Of a DNA stretch of 64,000 bases, positions 26,621 to 39,066 are shown in pieces (the first letter of the stretch is position 1; every line of letters starts with the position of its first letter). A program made the translations under genes and the position numbers. Source of the stretch: Octopus vulgaris (lineage: Eukaryota); the NCBI GenBank assembly GCA_951406725.2, contig OX597833.1, forward strand, positions 19,840,001 to 19,904,000, in the 5' to 3' direction. The notes below the pieces were generated by a model. That model saw only the letters and a list, made by a program, of their open reading frames with translations. It had not been told where the DNA came from and made no database searches.

Positions 26621-27509
26621 GATGACAAGTGTGTGTGTGAGTATGTGCGTGTGTGTGTGTGTGTATGGCGAACAACACGGTAGCAGGCTAGTAGTAGAAT
26701 TAAGGAGTGGTGTGTGGGTACACTAGCAGGTCAAAAACAGGGAGGTATGTGTGTGTGCGTGTATGTATATGTATCGTGTGTGTGTATGTGTGCGTTTTTT
26801 TGTGTGTATGCATGGAGTTTGGGTGTGTGGCGAGTAACTATGCTTAACTTAGTGTATGTGTGCGTGTGTGCTTGTACGTGCGTGTGTGTATATATATGTA
26901 TGTATAATTGTGTGCGTGAATGTATGTGTGTGCGTGTAAGTATGGTTGTGTGCAGTGTGTATGGGATGTATGTGTGGGTTCATTTGTGTGTGTATGTGTG
27001 TGTGTGTATGTATGTGCGTGTAGTTGTGTGTGCGTTTGTATGTGTGTGTGTGTAAGCGTAAATGGATGTATATGCGTGTATCCGTGGGGTTGTGAGTTTT
27101 TTCGCGCGTAAGCGTGCGTATGTGTGCGTATGTTTTGGTGTGCGTATGTATGTGTGTACGTATGTGTATGTGTGCGTGCGCGTGTAGGTATATGTTGTGT
27201 GTATGTGAATTAGTGTGTGTTTGTACGTGTGTATGTGTGTGTGCGTGTATTGTATATATATGTAAATGTGTGTGTGTGTGTGTGTGTGTACGTGCGTGGG
27301 AGTGAATGTATGTATGTATGTGCGTGTGTGTACAAATGTAGGGGTTTATATGTGTGTTTATATGTTTATATGTGTGTATATATATGCATGCAAGGACACA
27401 CTTCCCAACTGAAAGATTGATGGAAAAAAAACTCTTCCGGTGCGGGCACATGCGAATCAACAGGCACACACACACGCGCACCGACGTACGCCCGAAACAA
27501 AGCCAACCC

Positions 27510-27550
<41 letters not shown>

Positions 27551-27552
27551 CT

Positions 27553-27815
27553 ATATGAAAAAACAAGTCAAGATAGAAAATGCTAAAATAATTTTATAAA
27601 AAACATTTCAGTACCGGTTTCGGTCATTTTGAGACCTTTTCAACTGTAACGATTAAATAATTAAATTTAGAAAAATTAAAAGAAAAGTTTTTTTAAAAGA
27701 ATATTTGTATAGTGTTCAAATATAAGTGTCATTTTCCTTGTTTCTGCCTTTCTCTTCTCTCTTGTTTACACTTGTGGGTTCGAGGTCGTTGTGAATGACT
27801 TGTTTTTTCATATAT
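27553..27815. mobile_element. Short element with inverted termini (ATATGAAAAAACAAGTCA / TGACTTGTTTTTTCATAT) carrying a hammerhead motif; probably Penelope-derived
   Basis: 18-bp inverted termini, microsatellite flanks, ribozyme motif inside. Confidence 0.55.
27606..27649 (-). ncRNA. Minimal type I hammerhead ribozyme, U3-A8 core variant
   Basis: Minus strand: CAG-TTGAAAA-GGTC TCAAAAT GACC-GAAA-CCGG-TA-CTG; stems I and II pair, and stem III is the palindrome ACCGGT. Confidence 0.6.
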
Positions 27816-27852
27816 ATCAACTCGTGTGTTCTTTTTCATCCTTATATATATA

Positions 27853-29672
27853 TCTCTTATTATAAAATCTCTTATTATAAAAGGCAGATTTTATCTGCCT
27901 CCCTTTGTATCTTATAGAAATCTACAATATAGGATTTCTTCAATTACAATTTACCTAGCATTTTTAAGAGTAGAATGCATCGGGTCGTGCCAGGTCCAGT
28001 TTTAAAATTTCAACCCCAATTAAGCAAAATTTAGAGAAAACTCACATTGTGGTGTATAAGTCAAATGCTTTTCTTAGTGTGGCTTACACCACACGCACAC
28101 GCACACACACAGTGTGCAACGAATAAAGTGAAAGTAATTCACTTTTTGTACTGAGTGACTCTTTCACTCTGCCACTTCCTCTTTACACACATAGACACGC
28201 AAATATATAAATGAAATTGTAAGCTAACGTGTGTGTGTGCGTGTGTGCGAGTGTGTGTGTGCGTGTGTGTGTGTGTGAGGGTGCGTGTGTGCATGTGTGT
28301 GAGTGTGTGACAGGAAAGTTTTTTAGGACGAATATAAGACCTATATCCAAGTAGCAGAAAGATCGCACAAAAGTGTATATAGATATTTAAATGTATTTAT
28401 ATATTCATCTATACACAGATGTATGTATAATGTGTGTGTATATATTTCCATACACGTAACCATTCACTCCGCACAAAGTTTTTTAGGACGAAAATAAGAT
28501 CTAAAGTTATCTCTAAGTAGCACAAAGATCGCCCAAAAGTGTATATAGATATATAAATGTATTTATATATTCATCTATGCACACATGTATGTATAACGTG
28601 TGAGTATATATTTCCATAGAGGTAACCATTCACTCCATACAAAGTTTTTAGCACGAAAATAAGATCTAAAGTTATCTCTAAGAAACAGAAAGATCGCCCA
28701 AAAGTGTATATAGATATTTAAATGTATTTATATATTCATCTATACACACATGTATGTATAATGTGCGTGTATATATTTCCATAGAGGTAACCATTCAATC
28801 CATACAAAGTTTTTTAGGACGAAAATCTTTATATATAAAAGAAAGGTTGTGTGTCTGTCTACTCCGATTTAGATTCCTAACTACTCCCACATTTTGCGAT
28901 GCAGTTTAACCAAAACCGGGTATCTTATAGTCGTGATTCATATCGAGCCCTTCTGGGTATTAGCGCGCGTCTACAATGAGTCTATGATTTTACAAATAAT
29001 TTACCATCATTTTTTTCCATTTTAATGCATATTTTTTTTAATAAAGGGAAGTAACTCTCAAACTTCACACCAATATGCGTGCTCATATCCGACGTAATAT
29101 CACATCAGCAGCATTTCTTCACACCCTCCTTGCACTTGGCGAAGGCAAAATACCAGGGGATGAAAATAGTAATATTGCCATCGATTCCATTTGTACCATT
29201 GTTAAGACGCCTTCTGATCTCAGAGATGCAGTGTTCCCAGATCTACAAGCTAATTATCAGAATATGGATTGGATTGGCAAAAAGGCTATACTGGGCCCGA
29301 GGAATAAAACTGTTCACCATATTAATGATGAAATGCTAAAACTCATTCCTGGGGAAGTCTATGTATATCAGTCTATCGATACAACTCCTGACCCAGAGGA
29401 CGTCATCAACTATCCAATAGAGGTACTCAATTCCTTTGAGCACCCCGGACTACCACCACACTTTCTCAAACTTAAAGTTGGTGCCCCTATAATGCTCATC
29501 AGAAATTTGGTTCCCCCAAAACAATGCAATGGCACATGTTTGATCGTTAAGTCCTTATCTCCCACCGTAAGCTTATATCAATATTTGCCTGAATAATCAT
29601 CATAATTCAGTGCAATCATTAACAGTACTTTCAAGCAATTCAGCCCCGAGCAACGCCGGGCAATTCTGCTAG
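27853..29672 (+). mobile_element. Composite non-autonomous Helitron with helicase remnant (~29060-29570)
   Basis: 5' TCTCTTATTATAAAA (duplicated); second Helitron 5' end at 28826; remnants AILGPRN and GLPPHFLKLKVGAPIMLIRNL..QCNGT; 3' hairpin CCCGAGCAACGCCGGG then CTAG|T. Confidence 0.85.
28315..28825 (+). repeat. Three tandem ~165-bp repeats inside the Helitron
   Basis: AAAGTTTTT(T)AG(G/C)ACGAA recurs at 28315, 28475, 28641 and 28806. Confidence 0.85.
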
Positions 29673-29741
29673 TATATATATATATATAAAAGATAAAACT
29701 TACTTGGAAAAGGATGCGTGGCGTTCAATCATATATTAATA

Positions 29742-30148
29742 CTCTTACTCTTACTTGTTTCAGTCATTTGACTGCGGCCATGCTGGAGCACCGCCTTTAG
29801 TCGAGCAAATTGACTCCGGGACTTATTCTTTGTAAGCCTAGTACTTATTCTATCAGTCTCTTTTGCCGAACCGCTAAGTTACGGGGACGTTAACACACCA
29901 GCATCGGTTGTCAAGCGATGCTGGGGGACAAACACAAACATACAAACATATACACACACATGCACATATATATATATACATATATACGACAGGCTTCTTT
30001 CAGTTTCCGTCCACCAAATCCACTCACAAGGCTTTGGTCGGCCCGGGGCTATAGCAGAAGACACTTGCCCAACATGCTACGCAGTGGGACTGAACCCGGA
30101 ACCATGTGGCTGGTTAGCAAGCTACTCACCACACAGCCACTCCTGCGC
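29742..30148 (-). mobile_element. SINE family A with ~54-bp flanking direct repeat
   Basis: Full-length copy; 29688-29741 matches 30175-30228. Confidence 0.9.
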
Positions 30149-30149
30149 G

Positions 30150-30182
<33 letters not shown>

Positions 30183-30246
30183 AAACTTACTTGGAAAAGG
30201 ATGTGTGGTGTTCGATCATATGTTAATATAAATAATATATAAATAT

Positions 30247-31610
30247 ATGTCTGGAGTATAGTGTCCACATCTCCAGAGGCATAAAATTCGCGCCAGTTTG
30301 GGCGTTGCAGCTCAGTACAATAAGAGCTCCAGTTTGCTTTATTCCAGTCAAAGCGGGCAGTCTGAAGATGGTTGTGTTTTTTGTTACAACCAATCAGAGA
30401 CAAGTCGGCCATGATCATGGAATGATCAGAGTCACCCAAAGGTTCTTCGGTAGCGACACTAATGATTGTTTCAGGAGAAGCAGTAAGTAGCAGATCCAAA
30501 GTGTTGTTACCCCTTGTGGGGGAGGTAACAACTTGGGACCAATTTGAATTCCGCACCAGTTCAAGGAAATCGTCTGCACTTTGATGGCCAACGGAAGGCC
30601 TCCCAGTCAATCTCAGGGAAATTGAAGTCCCCCGCAATATACACATATGTGGCTGTTTTCATGGCAGCCGCCCTGAGGATATCAAAAAGCTGTGCATCTT
30701 GGCGATAATTTGGAGGACGGTAAACGACTCCGAGCAGAAGTGTTGACATGGTCATGTGTATATTGCAGAAAAATACCTCCTGCTGAGATTGGTTCAAATC
30801 ATCACAGGGGATTGCCGATAGACTTGATTGAACATAAATCATCACACCCCCTCCACGGCGATTAATGCAGTCTTTGCGGAACAGGTTGTAGCCGGCTATG
30901 CTGAAAACTCCATCACAGAGTGCAGAGTGTGCCCACGTTTCCGTGACTGTGATGAAATCTGGGTTGATACTTTTGATGTAGGAGACAAAAAGATGCACCT
31001 TGTTGCATAAACTACGGGCATTCAAGGACAGCAGTTTATATCTGGATTTCAGATGATGATATACAGGGGATGGCTGATTGTTCTTGGTTAGTTTCCCAAG
31101 ATTTTTGCATTGCCAGTTGTTGCTGTGGGTGTAGTCTGCTCAGTCCAACTGGCATCCCTTATCCACGACTCACCAGACTTGACGAATTTCCAGATCTGCC
31201 CATCATCGCGGAGGCTAAAACTCTCCCGTGGCACAGAGTTGCAATTTAGGGAAGCCACGGATCTTAGCTTTGGGCGTACATCGGGTGGTAGGCCAGGACG
31301 TGTTCCAAAGTTGATAATGTTGTCACGCCGAGCTCTGTCAGCAGCCAGATGGAATGTCCGCGCCTCAGTAAAGCCCGTAAACAACAGCCTGATCAGCCTG
31401 GGTTTGGATCCCGGTCGGCCAAGGCGGGAAGCACTTTTTGGAGGGACACAGCTGAGATCCCTAGCTGTGTTTCCAATGAATGCCTGCAGATCTGCTACAT
31501 CTTCCGGCACTCCGATGGCTATTAATTCATGAGTGGCCGGTTCAGCAACTCCCTCGATGCGCTGAGGTTCTGTACGAGCTACAGGTAAGTTGCTGAGCAG
31601 GGCACTTCTA
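30247..31610 (-). mobile_element. CR1/L2-group LINE fragment: ORF1 C-terminus plus ORF2 APE endonuclease
   Basis: RLGR..KPRLI in ORF1; LNARSL, TVTETW, RRGGGV, GVVYRPP, IAGDFN, TLDLLLT, SDHSMI in the endonuclease; one frameshift near 30600. Confidence 0.9.
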
Positions 31611-31708
31611 TATGACCCTTCAATACAATATATACAATATGACCCTTCAATACAATATATACAATATATGACCCTTCAATACAATATATACAATATATTG
31701 TATTGAAG
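31611..31708. repeat. Three tandem 27-29-bp repeats ending in an inverted copy
   Basis: TATGACCCTTCAATACAATATATACAA x3, then ATATTGTATTGAAG. Confidence 0.85.
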
Positions 31709-33470
31709 TTCGTTTTGGGATTCTTGTGTTGTTTTTATGTATGTACGAACACAAACAAATAAATATATACATATGCATGCAGTATGTGCATGTAACAATC
31801 ATAAACTAATGCACATATATATGCATATAATGTATTTGTGCATAAAGCATGCTAATTAATTAGTGAAAGAAAGTAAGGCAGTGCCCATAGCCTACACGAT
31901 GCCTCAAAACCTGAGAAAGAGAATTAGATGAGATAAACAGGAACAGTATATTATTGCAACTTAATATTTTCAACAAGTGGTGGGATAGTGTGAAAAGTTA
32001 ATCCAAAGAGTATGTCATGGGTGGAGTGTCTTTGATTCTAGGTTTGAAGGACCTGGGCTAAATTGTGGCTAAACAGCTACAACTACTCCAAAACTGACCT
32101 TTCCTTGTAAAAAGGACCACCACTATCACCATGACCCCAACCACCATCACTTCTGCAACCTATACCATCACCACCACCACCACCTGCATCATTAACACTA
32201 CCACTACCACAACCACAACCACACCCAACCTACACATTTCTGCTCAGACCAACTCTGTGATTTATTCAAATGCCTTGTGTTGGGCCCTTAATGGGGTCAG
32301 TGCAATTCCCAGGTGAGGTAGCTATATCTAGTAGTTTATCTATTGACCCTGAAAGAATTTGACTTCAGCTGGATTTGATCTCAGAACATAGAGAACCGCA
32401 ACAATTACTGCAAAGCTGTCAATTGGCTATCGTGAAGACCCGATAGAAAAAGCAGCTAAACCTCACTCAGCTCACACCTTACTGTTATAAGAAAGAAAGG
32501 CTATTGTAGATAATGTAATTTCAACATTACTCATAGCCAAAAGACAGGATGGTCATGGCTAGAACGTCTTTAAGCAAATGATTTCTAGATTAGAGATGAT
32601 CTGGGAGCTGGACAACAACATCTAAAATTAGAACTCACTAGAATTAAATGTTCACTAAAGATAGCACAAGAGGTAGACGTGGCCGCATTTCCCACGACAC
32701 ACATCGAACCCATGCTCTATGGTGTCAGCTTGATGCAGTCATATGTATATCAGGGACAATATATGTGTGGCTGCAATTCAGCCATTTGATCAGATAACTG
32801 GAAGAGAGGGCAACAACAATAACAATGCCAACAATATCAAATACACACACACACACACAAAACACCACCACCGCTAGCAACAAGATAATGATCGTTAATT
32901 TTAGAGAGGATCACTTTCCTTAAATTATCGAGATTAATGGGCACACCTGACGTATATTGATATCGTCAACCAATACTGCCACACCTTAGATGTTAGTCAA
33001 GTTGTGATTGAGAAATCGGTCAACATAAATATTACTTTACACACTCTGCTATCATATTTTGTTATGCAACGTTCAATTTCTAACCTCTTTCTTTATTTTG
33101 AGTTCGTTTCAAATATTTTAAGAATGTTTATCCTGATTTCAAATGTTACAGAACACTGAATCGGAAAACTGATATGTCTAAAACTGGTGGTGCATATGTT
33201 TGTGTGTATATATGTGTATGTATGTGTGTTTGCATGCATGTATGAATCTGCATGTATGTGCAGATGTATTTATGCATGCATGTATATATGTATGTGTGTG
33301 TGTATGTTTGTATGTTTGTATGTATGTGTGTAGGTATGTGTTTGTAAGCATGCAAATATATATGTATGTATGTCTGTATCTTTGTGTGCATGCATGCATG
33401 CATGTATGCATGCATGTATGCATGCATGCATGCATATAAATATGTATGTATGTATGTATGTGCATATGTA

Positions 33471-33847
33471 CACTTGCGTCAGAAATTAATTAGCACTTCT
33501 CAAATTTCTACATTAAATAGGTTAAATCAATTAACCTATGAGCTGTTCAAAACGTCTTACGCGATGAGAAAACTTAGTATGGTGTGATTTCGGTCCTTGC
33601 GAGGCGCTACCTATATCTATTAAACAAAGGAAGATTTGTCTGCATCCGCACTCCAAGTTGTTGCACTGCTATGTCAACATCATAAGGCTGTAGACTCTCA
33701 AACTGCTCTGCAAACAAAGTTACGTCATCGTTCTGCGCAACAGTGAACTCGCAACAAAGCAATAGTTCGAGATATGGCCACTAGGTGACAGCACATACCT
33801 TGAGTGAAGAGCAAATCAAGGGTGCTAATTAATTTCTGACGGTAGTG
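33471..33847. mobile_element. Tc1-type non-autonomous element
   Basis: TA|CACT..CGTCAGAAATTAATTAGCAC versus GTGCTAATTAATTTCTGACG..AGTG|TA; TA target duplication. Confidence 0.75.
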
Positions 33848-33995
33848 TATGTATGCATGTATGTATGTATGCATCCATGTATGTGTGTATGCATGTATGT
33901 ATGTATGTATGCATGTATATATGTATGTATGTCTGTATGTATGCATGTATGTATGTCTATATGTATGTATTTGTAAGTATGCAAATATATATGTG

Positions 33996-34695
33996 GCGAT
34001 AATGGATGAAGATAGGTGTGTGAGAAAGTGCCAATCCCTAGCAGTTGAGGGAACCCGTGGAAGAGGTAGACCCAGGAAAACCTGGGACGAGGTGGTGAAG
34101 CACGACCTTCGAACTTTAGGCCTCATTGAGGAAATGACCAGCGACCGAGACCTTTGGAAATATGCTGTACGTGAGAAGACCAGGCAGGACAAGTGAGCCC
34201 AGCCCACTTATGAATGCCTTTCCTCCCTTGGACACAAAGACCTGTTGAGGCAAGCGAAGTCGATATAGAACCTCATCCGACGACAGGCACCCATGCCAAC
34301 CCCCTTTGCTTGCAAAGACATGTTGGGGCAAGCGAAAGCGAAATCGAAATCGAATTGAACCAGCCAGGATCCCTGGTCTGGTGGTATGTAAAAAGCACTA
34401 TCCGACTCGTGGCCGATGCCAGCGCCGCCTCGACTGGCTTCCGTGCCGGTGGCACGTAAAATACACCAATCCGACCGTGGCCGTTGCCAGCCTCGCCTGG
34501 CACCTGTGCAGGTGGCACGTAAAAAGCACCCACTACACTCACGGAGTGGTTGGCGTTAGGAAGGGCATCCAGCTGTAGAAACATTGCCAGATAAGACTGG
34601 AGCCTGGTGCAGCCTTCTGGCTTCTCAGATCCCCGGTCGAACCGTCCAACCCATGCTAGCATGGAGAACGGACGTTAAACGATGATGATGATGAT
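33996..34695 (+). mobile_element. 5'-truncated RTE LINE (ORF end, 3'UTR, (GAT)n tail)
   Basis: VEGTRGRGRPRKTWDEVVKHDL..DRDLWK is a typical RTE C-terminus. Confidence 0.88.
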
Positions 34696-34719
34696 ATATA
34701 TATATATATATATATATAT

Positions 34720-35051
34720 GAGACAAGGCAAAAATAATAGTCATTACCTATTTTCCTTTATTGTAGCAAATTTGACTTACTGCTGTTTCCAGTAGTCATT
34801 ATAGGTTCGTTATTGATAGGTTTACTCAATTGGCCCATTGATCAGTTGAGAAAAATTGAATAACCAGGAAAATTAATGCTATTTTCATCATAGTTATTTT
34901 AGGTATCCAGAAATAACTACGATGAAAGTAGCATGAATTTTGTAGATCCTTCAAGTTTAAATCTATCAATAATGAATTTACAATGGCTGGCCACTGGAAA
35001 CAACTGAAAGTCAGATATACTGCAATGAAGAAAAATAGGTAATTGTCTTGT
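34720..35051. mobile_element. Old near-palindromic MITE
   Basis: ATTACCTATTTT..TGTTTCCAGT..TTATTGATAG versus CTATCAATAA..ACTGGAAACA..AAAATAGGTAAT. Confidence 0.55.
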
Positions 35052-35169
35052 ACATCAATCTATGTAAAAAAAAACCGGTATGACTGGAGCATAACCATGG
35101 ATTTACAATATAGAATGAGTGTGTATGTGTTTGACAGTGTGTACGTATGCATGTGATTTAAGAAAGATA

Positions 35170-35500
35170 TCATCATCATCATCGTTTAACGTCTGTTTAC
35201 CGCGCTAGCACGGGTTGGACGGTTCGACCGGGGTCTGGGAAGCCAGGAGGCTGCACCAGGCTCCGGTCTGATCTGGCAGTGTTTCTACAGCTGGGTGCCC
35301 TTCCTAACGCCAACCACTCCGTGAGTGTAGTGGGTGCTTTTTACGTGCCACCGGCACAGGTGCCAAGGGAGTCTGGCATCGGCCACGTTCAAATGGTGCT
35401 TTTTACGTGCCACCGGCACAGAAGCCAGTCAATGCGGCGCTGGCATCGGCCACGTTCGGATGGTGCTTTTTACGTGCCACCGGCACAGGTATCACAACTA
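35170..35500 (-). mobile_element. RTE 3'UTR-derived retroposon
   Basis: Family match; (CAT)n on the + strand. Confidence 0.8.
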
Positions 35501-35519
35501 AACGTAAAAGATAATTTTT

Positions 35520-36370
35520 GTTGATTTTTGTGATGGCTGAAACAAAGGAACAGTGTGCTTCTGTGAAATTCTATTTTCTTATTTCTTTACTGCCCACAAG
35601 GGGCTACACACAGAGGGGACAAACAAGGACAGACAAACGGATTAAATCGATTATATCGACCCCAGTGCGTAACTGGTACTTATTTAATCGACCCCCAAAA
35701 GGATGAAAGGCAAAGTTAACCTCGGTGGAATTTGAACTCAGTTCATAGTGGCAGACGAAATACCGCTAAGCATTTCGCCCGGCGTGCTAACGTTTCTGCC
35801 AGCTCGCCACCTTTACTTTTCAAAAGTAAAATTCTATTTTCTGCTGGGAAAAATGGCAGGCGAAACAGTTGCCATGCTTCAAACTGCTTACAAGGCCATT
35901 GCCATGAGCAAAACACAAGCTTACAAGTGGTTTTCATGCTTTAGGAATGGTCACTTGTCAACTGAAGACCAATCTTGTTCGGAGTGACCGTTGACCTCCG
36001 AAATGAATGAAAACATTATGAAAATTCATGAACTGATCTCGGAGGACTGCCATTGAACAATTGGTGAACTTGTTAATATGACTGGTGTGTCCTGAAGCTC
36101 CTGCCAACGAATTTTGAGCAAGCAACTGCAAACAAAAAGAGTTGCAGTAAAATGTGTCTCTCACTTGTGTATGCGAGATCAAAAGTAGTCACAACTGAAT
36201 ACATGACATGAACTGAAAAGACAGTTGATCTGAATCTTTTTCTGAAGGTCATCAAATGTGATGAAAGCTGGTGCTATGGCTATAACCCAGAAATGAAGCA
36301 GCAATCAAGTCAACAGAAATACTCAATGTCACCACACCCACAAAAAGCACATCAAATGAAGTCCAATGTC
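35520..36370 (+). mobile_element. Decayed mariner transposase interrupted by a SINE B (~35580-35810, minus)
   Basis: EQCASVKFYF|LLGK..MSKTQAYKWFSCFRNG..ED and DESWCYGYNPEMKQQS; direct repeat AAATTCTATTTTCT on both sides of the SINE. Confidence 0.8.
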
Positions 36371-36371
36371 A

Positions 36372-37520
36372 TGAAAGGTATAAATACCTTTCAAACGGCA
36401 TACAATACGGTTATAAAGAAATTTGTGGGTAAAATCTTTTTCGAGGGGGTAGGGAGAGGACTCTGAAAAATTCACAAGATCCAAGGTTTTCGTCCATAAC
36501 TATGAGGAAAATAAATATCTTTTAATGAAGAGTGGGGAGAGGATTTGGGGATAATTCACGCGATTTGATTTTTTCGCTCATAACTTTCAGGAAAATGGGT
36601 ATCTTTGGTTAATGTTTACAATATTACCTGGAAACGAAATAAAAAAAAAAAAAAAAAAAAAAACTAGTGCAACGGGTGTAAAAAGATGTGTAGGAAAACG
36701 AATATGAAAACAAAATGTGCGGAAAGCAATGGGGTGGTCGGAAAATTCACAAGATCTGAGTTTTTCCCTCATAACTTTTAAGAAAATGGGTTTTTTTTAA
36801 TGAAATTAAAAAAATAAAAATTTTTTCAAATGGCATAGTTTACGATTATAAAGAAATTTGTGGTAAAATTTTTTCTGAAAGGGTGGGGAGAGGACTTCAC
36901 AAGATCCGATTTTTTCCCACGTAACTTTAAGGAAAATGGGGGGGGGGGCTAATGCAGTGTCACACCTCTCCTTGAAAAATGTATTTTTTAAAAAATATTT
37001 TTGGGGATTCCTACGTTTTAGGGGGCTAATTGCAGTCTTGCACCTCACCTTCAAAAATGCATTTTTTGGGGTCCTCCGCCGTTTTTTTTTTTGTCTGAAC
37101 AAAAATAAGGGGTTTACGACACATAAGGTATGCATAATACATGTTGTTTGAAAGGTATTTATATACAATTTCATTAAAAGATATTTATTTTCCTTGGATC
37201 TTGTGAATTTTTCAGAGTTCTCTCCCTACCTCTCAAAAAAGATTTTACCCACAAATTTCTTTATAACCATAATGTATGCCGTTTGAAAGGTATTTATATA
37301 AAATTTCATTTAAAAAAAAAACATTTTCCTAAAAGTTATGTAGGAAAGACTCAGATCTTGTGAATTTTCCGAAGTTCTTTCCCCAACCCACCATTGCTTT
37401 CCGCGCATTTTTGTTTCATATTCGTTTCCTACACAGTTTTTTTTATTTTGCACCTGTTGCAGTTTTTTTTTTTCGTTCCAGGATAATATCGTAAACATTA
37501 ACCATATCTTTTAATGAAAG
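36372..37520. mobile_element. Fold-back type element with multiple internal inverted repeats
   Basis: ATAAATACCTTTCAAACGGCATAC..GAAATTTGTGGGTAAAATC (36380-36500) is inverted at 37190-37300; 36600-36780 is inverted at 37330-37505. Confidence 0.65.
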
Positions 37521-37552
37521 TTTATACCAATGATGGCGATCCAAATACCTTA

Positions 37553-37813
37553 GGTACTATTTAAGAAGAGTGGTCCCGGTGCGCGCACTCGCGCAAGCTA
37601 GTCGTGACTAGTCGATCCTACAACGACTACCTAGCAAAGTGAATAAAACACAAAAACACAAAACAAAAAATTATTTTACACAAAGTAAATAATTTTTTTT
37701 AAACAGTAAATAAAACCAAAACACAAAGTAAGGATCGACTAGTCACGACTAGCTAGCGCGGATGCAAGAGTACGCGAGTGTGCGCACCGGGACCACTCTT
37801 CTTAAATAGTACC
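37553..37813. mobile_element. Mutator-like MITE with 9-bp target-site duplication
   Basis: TIR GGTACTATTTAAGAAGAGTGGTCCCGGTGCGC; TSD AATACCTTA at 37544-37552 and 37814-37822. Confidence 0.88.
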
Positions 37814-37830
37814 AATACCTTATATAGAAA

Positions 37831-38619
37831 TGTGGCGCTCCTTTAGAAACGCACCTCTCCAAGAAAATGACGTCTAATTTTTTAAAAAAAGTTATGAAAA
37901 CGGAAAATATATACAAAATAAATGAAGTCAGCAAAACACACCCAGGAACAAGCACGCACCTATATATTTCTTTACTTCCCACAAGGGGCTAAACACAGAG
38001 AGGACAAACAAGGACAAACGGATTAAGTCGATTATATCGACCCCAGTGCGCAACTGGTACTTATTTAATCGACCCCGAAAGGATGAAAGGCAAAGTCGAC
38101 CTCGGCGGAATTTGAACTCAGAACGTAGCGGCAAGCGAAATACGGCTACGCATTTCGCCCGGCGCGATAACGTTTCTGCCAGCTCGCAAGCACGTACAAC
38201 CCATTAGCTTCCTCTTCCTATTTTGTCAGCTGACGGTTGACAAAACAAAAATTGTCCACTGAAATTACTGAGTTCTTTTGTTGACAAAATTCGAGCCATA
38301 TCGAAATTATGTCTATTTCTTTACCCTAACGAGTGTGCACAGTAGAAATATCCGATTAAAAACAATCAAGAATTTGCAAACGATATTGTCGGGCTCCCTG
38401 TATCATTAATAATACCTGACTGATGAAAGTAAATTACCGCTCCCTGTATCATACATGTCCGTTCCCCGTTTCTTGTATAAAATATTTAAAAAATGGATGA
38501 ATCTTTCTAATTTATTTTTTGCATACATCATTTATTTTGTATATATTTTCCATTTTCATAACTTTTTTTTAATTAGGCGTCATTTTCTTGCAGAGGTGCG
38601 TTTTTAAAGAATCACCACA
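37831..38619. mobile_element. MITE with ~95-bp TIRs containing a SINE B insertion (~37965-38190)
   Basis: TGTGGCGCTCCTTTAGAAACGCACCTCT..AAGAAAATGACG versus CGTCATTTTCTT..AGAGGTGCG..CACCACA; a further TIR start at ~38654. Confidence 0.75.
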
Positions 38620-38620
38620 A

Positions 38621-38652
<32 letters not shown>

Positions 38653-38763
38653 TTGTGGTGCTTCTTTAGAAACGCACCATCGGACAGACGAACGGGAACG
38701 TGAAACTCCGAGTAACAGCTTTTGTTAAATTTCTGCTGCTTTTAAATAAAGCATATATACACA

Positions 38764-38803
<40 letters not shown>

Positions 38804-39066
38804 TACATATATATATATATATGCATACATATATATATATATGCATACATATATATATATATGCATACATATATATATACATACATATATACATACATAT
38901 ATATGCATACATATATACATACATATATATGCATCCATATATACATACATACATATATACATACATATATATATATATAAACATATATATATATATACAT
39001 ATAAACATATATACATATAAACATATATACATATAAACATATATACATATATATATATATATACAT

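Noticed and set aside
32639-32770. Minus-strand segment bounded by tgcag and gtgagt, a possible LRR-gene exon
   Set aside because: Stop codons in all three minus-strand frames
38666-39066. Many YIYI/HTHT/VCVC ORFs here and at 26714-27599, 33146-33587, 59519-60802
   Set aside because: Translations of (TA)n, (CA)n and (TACA)n microsatellites, which lack stop codons by composition
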